NCBI GenBank assembly: GCA_965197475.1
Contig: CBDANF010000003.1
Span: 4,103,389 to 4,167,388, forward strand
Reading direction: 5' to 3'
Origin: Candidatus Poribacteria bacterium
GTDB lineage: Bacteria > Poribacteria > WGA-4E > WGA-3G
Length of the DNA stretch: 64,000 nt
Shown: positions 1-8,295 of the stretch, piece by piece
Numbering within the stretch: position 1 is the first letter of the stretch
Layout of the letters: each line of letters opens with the position of its first letter
Notes under the pieces: generated by a model
What the model was told of the DNA's origin: nothing
The model's input: only the letters and a program-made list of their open reading frames with translations
Database searches by the model: none
Program-made: the position numbers and the translations under genes

Positions 1-861
1 TCGGGAATTGTAAAGACTGGCAGAACGCATTTGATGGATGCCACACCTCTGACCTTAGGACAAGTCTTCGGTGGGTATGCGCATCAGGTAGCACATGCAC
101 AGGAGGCGATTAAGAATACGTTGCCGCACCTATATGAGCTTCCGATCGGTGGAACGGCAGTCGGAACAGGGTTGAATACGCATCCTGATTATGCAGACGC
201 AGTAGCATCTCGTATTACTGAACGCACTGGACATCCGTTTGTGAGTGCTCCGAATAAGTTCGAAGCGTTAGGAAGTCGTGACGCGCTCGTATCAGCAAGC
301 GGTGCCATGAAACGTCTTGCTTGCGCATTGTATAAGATTGCCAACGACATCCGTTGGTTAGGTAGCGGTCCCCGATGCGGTATCGGTGAATTGATTTTAC
401 CAGAGAACGAACCGGGAAGCTCCATCATGCCCGGTAAAGTCAATCCAACGCAGTGTGAAGCGATGACGATGGTTTGTGCACAGGTGATTGGCAACGATAC
501 AACGATATCTTTGGCTGGCAGTGCAGGCAACTTTGAGCTAAACGTTTTTATGCCTGTGATCGCTTTCAACAGTCTGCAATCAATTCGGTTACTATCAGAT
601 GCGTGTGATGCGTTTCGGCAACACTGCGTTGTTGGAATTGAAGCGAACCAATCGGTAATCACCGGTTATCTGGAGGCATCCTTGATGTTGGTAACAGCAT
701 TGACACCTCGGATAGGTTACGATGTAGCAGCAAAACTTGCACAGAAGGCACATCGGGAAGGTTCAACACTGCGCGAAGTCGCAGTTGAAGAGGGCGTGTT
801 AACAGCAGAAGAGTTTGATACGCTCGTTGTGCCGAGTGAAATGGTAGCACCAAATTTATAG
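1..861 (+). CDS. fumC: Class II fumarate hydratase, 5'-truncated by window edge
   Basis: [20 protein letters not shown] and signature [15 protein letters not shown] motifs; reading frame open to the window start. Confidence 0.95.
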   Translation, partial: SGIVKTGRTHLMDATPLTLGQVFGGYAHQVAHAQEAIKNTLPHLYELPIGGTAVGTGLNTHPDYADAVASRITERTGHPFVSAPNKFEALGSRDALVSASGAMKRLACALYKIANDIRWLGSGPRCGIGELILPENEPGSSIMPGKVNPTQCEAMTMVCAQVIGNDTTISLAGSAGNFELNVFMPVIAFNSLQSIRLLSDACDAFRQHCVVGIEANQSVITGYLEASLMLVTALTPRIGYDVAAKLAQKAHREGSTLREVAVEEGVLTAEEFDTLVVPSEMVAPNL

Positions 862-871
862 TAATAGAAAA

Positions 872-999
872 GGCGGGGTACAAAGACCCCGCCCTACAAG
901 TAATTTATGAACAGATAATTAGACAACTGGGGTTATACCGAATTAACGGGATTAGTCTTATTTTTATGGGCAGACAGCGCGCTTACAAAGCGCGCCTAC
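872..999 (-). repeat. Two GTAG-type REP-like hairpins between convergent fumC and rpoC (probably also terminators)
   Basis: ggcggggt..accccgcc-ctac (872-897) and gcgcgctt..aagcgcgc-ctac (977-999); each reads GTAG+palindrome on the minus strand. Confidence 0.65.
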
Positions 1000-1024
1000 C
1001 GAGTGGGATCAAGTTAATTTGGTA

Positions 1025-4000
1025 TTATTCCTCAACCGTTTCAGAAACCGTTTCAGATTCAGAAATCGGTTCGGGCAGTGCTTCCGGTTCCGGATTGGCA
1101 ATTGCGTCACGGGACACTTCAAGTTCGTGCCACTCAGAGAAACCGGTACCTGCGGGGATGAGGCGTCCAAGAATCACGTTCTCCTTTAGACCTATAAGCA
1201 TGTCTGTTTGCCCTTCAACAGCGGCATCAGTGAGAACTTTCGGGGTCTGCTGGAAACTAGCTGCAGAGATGAAACTATCGGTGCTGAGCGATGCTTTGCT
1301 GATACTCTGCAAGACGGGTTCACCTGTTGCTGGGGTACCGCCTTCTTGCGCAACGCGCCTGTTTTCGACGTGGAACCTATGTCGGGTGACTTCATCATTC
1401 GCGTAGAACGCAGTGTCACCAACAGATAGAATGCGTATCTTTTGAAGCATTTGCCGTACAATAACCTCAACATGCTTGTCGTTGATCGTGTTGGTCCCAT
1501 AGACCGCCTGGACCTCATCAACGAGGTATGTCCAAAGTGCTTCTTCACCTTCAAGGGAATGCCCATTAAGGGTAGTCCTCCCGATAGCGAGGATATCGTG
1601 TGGATTTAGGTATCCATCGGTTAAAGGTTGCCCTGCTTTGACCCAATCGCCATCATCAACGCGGCGTTTCTCATCGGGAATAGAATATAGACGACTTTTG
1701 GTAGCACCATCTACGATTCGGTATTGGGGCACCCCAGCCTTCTGCCCAGTGAGTTGCACGTACCCACCAATTTCAGCAATTTCAGCAGCGTCTTCGCGCT
1801 TGGGGCGACGTGCTTCAAAGAGTTCTGTCACACGCGGGATACCTACCACGATATCAAGGTTCGTGGTTTTTTCGTGCAATTCCGCTAACGGATGCTGTGC
1901 GGTCACTTTCTGTCCGTCTTTGACAGAGACAGAGTATCCTGCGGGAATAAGGTGCGACACGCGCCCACCACCGGGGATGTCAATGTCAATACGGAAAGTT
2001 TCGATTAGACCATCAACATCAACGCCAGTATATTGTTCAAGTGCAGTGGCGTACTCCCAATCTTTCAGCTCTTGACCAACAGAAAGTGTGCAGTTCGGAT
2101 GCGTTACCTTTGTCACTTGATAGGTATTCTTTGAAGTGGCTGCCGATTCTTTTTTATAGTCCGCATCACTGAGGATGATACCTACAGTAACCTCAGTTTC
2201 GGTTGAGTTGACATTCGTCACCTTATATACACGTTCAGTATCAAAGCCTTTGTAGAGCCGTTGTGCACGTTTATACTCAGTTTCGTCAATCTGCTGTCCA
2301 GCAGTGAACGGACAATCGGCATGATGAACTGCAAGGACATGATACATCAGTTTTACGTCAGGTAGCGGTGTATCGGTCTCCCGGTGCTGTTTAACGAGTA
2401 CCTTGTAGTCCGTTTCTGCCATAACTTCTTCAGTTTCAGCACCTTCAGGAACGTGTAGGTAAAGTTTCTCGAAGTCAAACCCTTTAAAGTTACGCCGTAA
2501 ACGATTCGACTCAGATTGTGTGATGAGTTCATCTACAGCAATAGGGAAGTCGGGATGGTGTGAGGCTGCGATACGATAGAGGCGTTCAACATTAAATGCC
2601 CCTTCATTTTTAGCGACATTAACCTCAAATCCTGGATATACCTTCAACACCGCTTTTTTCTCATTTTCGGTGAGCAGGGTTTCTTCGGGTTCTAACTTAC
2701 AATCGGGATGGTGAACAGCAGTTATCCGGTATTTGAGCCGTTCTGCAGTAACGCCACTGAATTTCTCTCGAAGTGCCTCTAAGTTTTCGATTTCAATGAG
2801 TTCTCCAGGCTTTAGCGGACACTCTGGGTGCCTTACCTGTATGACGCGACACACAGGCGTTGATGGGCGTTGCACATCAAATGCTTTATGCATCTCTTGT
2901 GCGCGGCGGAATTCTGTAGCAGTCAATTCTTGCTTCTCAGTTAAGTCAATACCATCACTGACTTCTGTTACGGTATACACTGGGTCACCGAGCTCCAGAT
3001 GATATTGGCTCTCTTCTTCCGGTGTGAGTAGTTTTCCTTCCTTATATGGGCAGCGCGCGGGCGTTACTGTCTGAATTTGATACTTCATCTTCGCAGTAAC
3101 ACTGTTCTGCCGTCGGAGATATTCACCTTCGGTGAGAATAGCACCTTTTTCCGTTTGATACACCCATTCACCATCAAACGGTCGGATTTCTGTACGCCAT
3201 GCTTCAGCCTCACTTTCCGTCAACAGTGTTCCTTCCTTCAACGAAGTTTCCGGATGTTTTACACTTTCCACACGATAATGTGGTTCAGAGCATCGGAACA
3301 ACGAATACTGTTGGGAGTACTTGACGTACTCATGCTCAGTGAGATACTGCCTCTCTTGCAACGGAGAGCCTTCTCCAGCGTTCGCCTCAATAACATCCAT
3401 GCGGTTAATTTTGGCAACTTCGTAGGTGATCAGTTCCACCTCAAAACCAGGATAACGTTCAAGATTCTCTTGATACTGTTTTTCAGTAAGAAGTTCTTCG
3501 GGTTGCAGCTTACATTCAGGATGTTGGACGGTTTTGACCTTATATTTAGGTTGGTCAAGGTGTTCAGCAATCTGTTGTGCAATCCAGAGTCCGTCTTTTT
3601 CATGGACGGTGCGTGTGGGAATGAAATCACGAAACCGCACGGTCCCTGCAGCTTTGGCAAGAATCTTACGCGCGAGGTGTTCACTCATATCTTCAACCGC
3701 ACCGCCAGTATGGAAGGTACGCATCGTCAATTGGGTGCCGGGTTCGCCAATGGACTGCGCTGCGATAATACCGATAGCTTCTCCAACATTCGCGAGGTGT
3801 CCTGATGTCAAATCAGCACCGTAGCACGCAGCGCAGGTGCCTTTCTCCGCCTCACAAGTCAACACAGAGCGAACTCGAACGCTGGAAACGTCTTCCTCTT
3901 CAATTTTATCAGCGTCTTGGGGGGTAAGAAGTGTTCCTTCGTCAATCCTCCACAAACGCTCAGATTCTAATCCCTTCCACACCTTGTTTTGGATTTTCCA

Positions 4001-7000
4001 CTCTTCTGGAGTGAGCTCTTCATCTATCTTCGGAGATTCATAGTCATTACGCGCTTTCTGATATTCAGCATCGGAAATGATATCACCAACCTTCAACGAA
4101 CATTCTGAATTGTTGACTTCAGTGATCTTCCAGAAGGAATCAGCTTTTAGACCTTTCCATCTGTCACTGTGGGTTTTCCACTCTTTTGGAGTGAGTTGGT
4201 CACCTACCTTCACAGGACATTGTTCACTTTTTAATCCTTTCCATTTGTCACTGTGGGTTTTCCACTCTTTTGGAGTGAGTTGGTCACCTACCTTCACAGG
4301 ACATTGATAATCCTTAAGTGCCTTCTGATACTCAGCATCGGAAATGAGATCGTCCTTCTTATGCGGACACTCTGAATGAATGACTTTGGTGATCTTCCAG
4401 AAGAGATCAGCGTTTAGCCCCTTCCACGTCTCACTGTGGGTTTTCCACTCTTTTGGAGTGAGTTGGTCACCTACCTTCACAGGACATTGATAATCCTTAA
4501 GTGCCTTCTGATACTCAGCATCAGATATAACCTCTTTTTTCTTCAACGTACACTCAAGATTGTTGACTTCAGTGATACACCAAAAGTGCTCGGCTTCAAG
4601 CCCCTTCCACGCCTTGCTATACTTCCTCCATTCTTTCGGAGTGAGTTCGGCACCTACCTTTAGCGAATATTTTTCAAGGATTTGATCACATTCACCTTCA
4701 GTTATCAGTTCACTGACCTTGCGTAGACACTCTGGATTGTTGACCTCGGTGATTTCCAAGGATACATCGGGGCGAATACTAGGATACTTTTCGTAAAATT
4801 TTTCCCAATCTGCTTCGGTTTGACTCCCACCCTTACTAGTAGATATGGATTTTTTAGCATCTTCCACAGCGGCTAAGAGTTTCTCTTTAACCTCATCAGA
4901 GTTTTCACCAGGCCAATCTTCTCCTGATATATGTAATATTTTCCATCCTAATTCTTCAAGTTCTTGCTGCTTTTTGCTATCTTTCACTTTTCTCTCATGT
5001 TCATCGTGGTCAGGACCGTCACATTCTATACCGATCCAGTACTCACCTTGTTTGTCAGCATTTACAGCGATGTCAATTAGGCGGTAATCATTAGGCCCAT
5101 CTGGAGTATCAATTTTAACCTGAGAAGTAACTTCATATCCACTGTCTGAAAGGAACTGATAGACTTCCTTCTCAAAAGACGAATGAAAATGAGAAAGTTC
5201 CGTAAAAGGCACCTTTTTCGCAGCAATAGGATCAGAGAGTGCAGTCACCTTGTAGTGCTCATCCTCCCCTTTGATGGGATAATCTGGTATTTCGGTCACC
5301 TTGTAGTGGTCCATTTGACCTATAATACCATCAACACCATCGGGTACCTTAGTTACCTTTATAATGGTATCGGGGACTTCGGTAACTTTGTAATGATCTT
5401 CTTGACCTATGATTCCATCAGATACTTCGGTCACCACGTACACAACACGCCCCTGAATATTGGGCACTGTGTTTGCATCGTAGTGTTCAATAGAAAACTT
5501 GATAGGATCCACAATAACACGCCCACTAATTTTGAATCCTATGGATCCTGCATCTGTGGTGAACTTAAGGACACCGTGCGTTGTGCCGCAGTCATCTTCG
5601 GAAATCATAACATCTTGCGCGACATCAACCAATTTCCGTGTGAGATATCCAGAGGCCGCAGTTTTCATCGCGGTATCTACCAATCCTTTACGTGAACCGT
5701 AGGTTGACGTAAAGTAGTCAAGCACATCCAAACCTTCCCGATAGGAAGATTGAATCGGCGTGGGCAAAATTTCACCGCTCTGCCTTGACTTCAATCCAAC
5801 GATCGCGCTGATTTGCCTGAAAGGATTTGGACGTGCACGTGCGCCACTATCTGCCATTATATAGACAGGACTAAAACCTTCTACTTCTTTATCTTGTTCA
5901 ACCAAATAGGTTTTAGTTTCTGGAAGAGCGGTGAACAGTGCCTTCTCAATTTTTGTGACAGCGTCATACCATATCCGAATCTTCTCGTTCTCTAATTCCT
6001 CCGCCTCAAGATTTTCCTGCTCATTGAGACGTTCAATTTGTTTACTTGCTTTAGCAAGGATGTCGGTTTTGTCAAGGGGAATCAGGTAGTCCTGTATCCC
6101 GGGAGAGATTCCGCTGCGAGTTGCGTACTCAAAGCTAAGCTTCTGTAACCGATCTAACAAGGATACAGTTTCTGCGGTTCCAAGTTCGTTGAAACAACGT
6201 TTAACAAGGTGTGACAAACGCTTGCCACGTGCTTCCTCATTGAAAAACGGCAATTCAAGTCCTGTTATCTCATCTTTCCAAGCGAGTGAGGCGGTACCGT
6301 TCATCCGTGGAAGCACCTCATTGAAAATAATACGTCCGACGGTCGTAAGGATAGGTTCGCGATGTTCTTTGAAAAAGAGTAGAACCGAATCATGCAGTTT
6401 TAGCGTGCCACAACCTTGTGCGTGTGTCACCTCATCCACAGATGTAAAGCGGCGTTTTGCCCACGGTTCACTTTCTAATGTCGCAAATATGCTGTCTTTT
6501 TCTACGGATTCCGATTTTTCTGTGTATGCAGCGTGGAGTAGTTCTGCCCGTTCTTGATGTTCTGGTAGTACCTTTGTAAGAAAACTCGCGCCTAAAATCA
6601 TATCAAGTTCCGGCACCGTAATCGGTTCCCCGTGAGAAGGCTTAAGAATATTACCACTACTGAGCAGTAACATTTTAGCTTCTGTGCGCGCTTCAATAGA
6701 CAAAGGAACATGAACTGCCATCTGGTCACCATCAAAATCAGCATTGAACGCCTTACAGACGAGCGGTGGAATCCGAATCGATTTACCCTCAACGAGTACC
6801 GGCATAAACGCCTGAATCCCGAGTCGATGGAGCGTCGGTGGACGATTTAATAACACCGGGTGGTCAGCGATAACTTCCTCTAATGCTTCCCAGACAGGTG
6901 AGTCCGGTGTAACGTGTTCGGTTAGGTGCTTCCCACGTTTGATAGTCTGTACTTCTCCAGATGCCAAAAGTTTTTCAATAATGAATGGCTTGAACAGTTC

Positions 7001-8173
7001 AACAGCCATTAATTTGGGTAACCCACACTGATGAAGTTCCAATTCGGGACCGACAACAATCACACTTCTGCCGGAATAGTCAACACGTTTTCCAAGAAGG
7101 TTTTGCCGGAAACGCCCGACTTTACCTTTGAGGATATCGGACAAGGATTTGAGCGCGCGTTTGCCAGGTCCAGTAACGCGGCGTCCGTGTCTGCCGTTAT
7201 CCAAAAAAGCATCAACGGATTCCTGAAGCATCCGTTTTTCATTTCGAAGGATGACTTCCGGTGAACGGAGGTCAATAAGCTTTTGCAGACGGTTGTTTCG
7301 GTTAATGACGCGACGATACAGATCGTTGAGGTCGCTTGTTGCAAATCTACCACCTTCCAGAGAGACTAACGGGCGGAGGTCAGGGCTAATCACAGGCAGC
7401 ACATCAAGAATCATCCAATCAGGATGCATGTCTGCCTTATCAAACCCTGCTACCATCTTGAGCTGTTTTGAAAGTTTAACTTTTTTCTGGTGGCTTGAAG
7501 TTTCCTCAAGTTCCTGCTTGAATTTTTCGACATCTTCAGGCAGATCAATTTTGCGCAGCAGTTCCTGAATTGCCTCAGCACCCGTTCCTGCTCGGAAGGA
7601 GTCTGGATGCTCGCGCAGTTTAGCGTTCACGTCCGTCTCTGTGAGAATATCTTTTTCCGCCACCCCACAACTGTCATCAATGACTTCTGTGACAATGAAC
7701 GCTTCAAAATAGAGAACCCGCTCAACTTGGCGGGATGCGAGTTCGAGAAATGTTCCAAGCCTCGACGGGATTCCCTTGAAAAACCATATATGGGAGACTG
7801 GCGTGGCGAGTTTGATATAACCGAGTCGTTCTCGTCGTACTTGTGATTTTGTTACTTCAACTCCACACTGGTCACAGATAAGACCTTTGTGCTTAATCCG
7901 CTTGTACTTACCGCAACTGCACTCAAAATCCTTCTGCGGTCCAAACGTGGCTTCACAAAATAAACCTTGATGTTCAGGGCGAAAACTGCGGTAGTTAATC
8001 GTTTCTGCCTTTTTGATTTCACCGCAATCACAAGTGCCTTTCTCGGGACACGTCCATGCATCATTCGCTGGATTCCGCCGCTTACAAGATGTCCGTTTTG
8101 CCCAATCTTTTATCTGATCAGGCGATGCGATACTGATAGAGATACGATTAAATCGATTTTCTTTGTCTGCCAT
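1025..8173 (-). CDS. rpoC: DNA-directed RNA polymerase beta' subunit, unusually long (2382 aa) with two large insertions
   Basis: Zn finger CSCGKYK..CDQCG, GKRVDYSGRSVI, catalytic NADFDGDQMAVH, bridge helix KTAASGYLTRKLVDVAQD, trigger loop GEPGTQLTMRTFH, C-terminal GLKENVILGRLIPAGTG. Confidence 0.98.
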   Translation of the reverse strand: MADKENRFNRISISIASPDQIKDWAKRTSCKRRNPANDAWTCPEKGTCDCGEIKKAETINYRSFRPEHQGLFCEATFGPQKDFECSCGKYKRIKHKGLICDQCGVEVTKSQVRRERLGYIKLATPVSHIWFFKGIPSRLGTFLELASRQVERVLYFEAFIVTEVIDDSCGVAEKDILTETDVNAKLREHPDSFRAGTGAEAIQELLRKIDLPEDVEKFKQELEETSSHQKKVKLSKQLKMVAGFDKADMHPDWMILDVLPVISPDLRPLVSLEGGRFATSDLNDLYRRVINRNNRLQKLIDLRSPEVILRNEKRMLQESVDAFLDNGRHGRRVTGPGKRALKSLSDILKGKVGRFRQNLLGKRVDYSGRSVIVVGPELELHQCGLPKLMAVELFKPFIIEKLLASGEVQTIKRGKHLTEHVTPDSPVWEALEEVIADHPVLLNRPPTLHRLGIQAFMPVLVEGKSIRIPPLVCKAFNADFDGDQMAVHVPLSIEARTEAKMLLLSSGNILKPSHGEPITVPELDMILGASFLTKVLPEHQERAELLHAAYTEKSESVEKDSIFATLESEPWAKRRFTSVDEVTHAQGCGTLKLHDSVLLFFKEHREPILTTVGRIIFNEVLPRMNGTASLAWKDEITGLELPFFNEEARGKRLSHLVKRCFNELGTAETVSLLDRLQKLSFEYATRSGISPGIQDYLIPLDKTDILAKASKQIERLNEQENLEAEELENEKIRIWYDAVTKIEKALFTALPETKTYLVEQDKEVEGFSPVYIMADSGARARPNPFRQISAIVGLKSRQSGEILPTPIQSSYREGLDVLDYFTSTYGSRKGLVDTAMKTAASGYLTRKLVDVAQDVMISEDDCGTTHGVLKFTTDAGSIGFKISGRVIVDPIKFSIEHYDANTVPNIQGRVVYVVTEVSDGIIGQEDHYKVTEVPDTIIKVTKVPDGVDGIIGQMDHYKVTEIPDYPIKGEDEHYKVTALSDPIAAKKVPFTELSHFHSSFEKEVYQFLSDSGYEVTSQVKIDTPDGPNDYRLIDIAVNADKQGEYWIGIECDGPDHDEHERKVKDSKKQQELEELGWKILHISGEDWPGENSDEVKEKLLAAVEDAKKSISTSKGGSQTEADWEKFYEKYPSIRPDVSLEITEVNNPECLRKVSELITEGECDQILEKYSLKVGAELTPKEWRKYSKAWKGLEAEHFWCITEVNNLECTLKKKEVISDAEYQKALKDYQCPVKVGDQLTPKEWKTHSETWKGLNADLFWKITKVIHSECPHKKDDLISDAEYQKALKDYQCPVKVGDQLTPKEWKTHSDKWKGLKSEQCPVKVGDQLTPKEWKTHSDRWKGLKADSFWKITEVNNSECSLKVGDIISDAEYQKARNDYESPKIDEELTPEEWKIQNKVWKGLESERLWRIDEGTLLTPQDADKIEEEDVSSVRVRSVLTCEAEKGTCAACYGADLTSGHLANVGEAIGIIAAQSIGEPGTQLTMRTFHTGGAVEDMSEHLARKILAKAAGTVRFRDFIPTRTVHEKDGLWIAQQIAEHLDQPKYKVKTVQHPECKLQPEELLTEKQYQENLERYPGFEVELITYEVAKINRMDVIEANAGEGSPLQERQYLTEHEYVKYSQQYSLFRCSEPHYRVESVKHPETSLKEGTLLTESEAEAWRTEIRPFDGEWVYQTEKGAILTEGEYLRRQNSVTAKMKYQIQTVTPARCPYKEGKLLTPEEESQYHLELGDPVYTVTEVSDGIDLTEKQELTATEFRRAQEMHKAFDVQRPSTPVCRVIQVRHPECPLKPGELIEIENLEALREKFSGVTAERLKYRITAVHHPDCKLEPEETLLTENEKKAVLKVYPGFEVNVAKNEGAFNVERLYRIAASHHPDFPIAVDELITQSESNRLRRNFKGFDFEKLYLHVPEGAETEEVMAETDYKVLVKQHRETDTPLPDVKLMYHVLAVHHADCPFTAGQQIDETEYKRAQRLYKGFDTERVYKVTNVNSTETEVTVGIILSDADYKKESAATSKNTYQVTKVTHPNCTLSVGQELKDWEYATALEQYTGVDVDGLIETFRIDIDIPGGGRVSHLIPAGYSVSVKDGQKVTAQHPLAELHEKTTNLDIVVGIPRVTELFEARRPKREDAAEIAEIGGYVQLTGQKAGVPQYRIVDGATKSRLYSIPDEKRRVDDGDWVKAGQPLTDGYLNPHDILAIGRTTLNGHSLEGEEALWTYLVDEVQAVYGTNTINDKHVEVIVRQMLQKIRILSVGDTAFYANDEVTRHRFHVENRRVAQEGGTPATGEPVLQSISKASLSTDSFISAASFQQTPKVLTDAAVEGQTDMLIGLKENVILGRLIPAGTGFSEWHELEVSRDAIANPEPEALPEPISESETVSETVEE
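4150..4530 (-). repeat. Near-identical in-frame direct repeats in rpoC insertion 1
   Basis: ccactcttttggagtgagttggtcacctaccttcacaggacattg occurs three times, offsets 84 and 183 bp (CPVKVGDQLTPKEWKTHS x3). Confidence 0.9.
4860..5195 (-). other. Vsr/DUF559/MTES_1575-like PD-(D/E)XK nuclease domain embedded in frame in rpoC
   Basis: SSFEKEVYQFL..GYEVTSQV..LIDIAV..GIECDGPDH..D..QQELEELGWKILHISGEDW matches the family pattern as I recall it. Confidence 0.8.
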
Positions 8174-8295
8174 TCTTTTGCTCCTTTAATGGGTGTAGGG
8201 AATGGTTTTCGACTTTTAGCCATCGGCTCTCGGTATAGAGATGTATAATGTGTGTGAACCCTTTTTCCGATAGCCGATAGCCCTTTAGCCTTAAA

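Noticed and set aside
3077-3805. 242-aa and other ORFs antisense to rpoC/rpoB
   Set aside because: Fully overlap conserved genes, with no recognisable motifs or RBS.
4150-4530. CRISPR array
   Set aside because: Repeats are in frame within coding sequence, unevenly spaced and lack unique spacers; no cas genes.
3947-5500. Intein with homing endonuclease in rpoC
   Set aside because: No HINT block A (C/S start), TxxH block B or terminal HN-C/S/T; the flanks are repeat modules.
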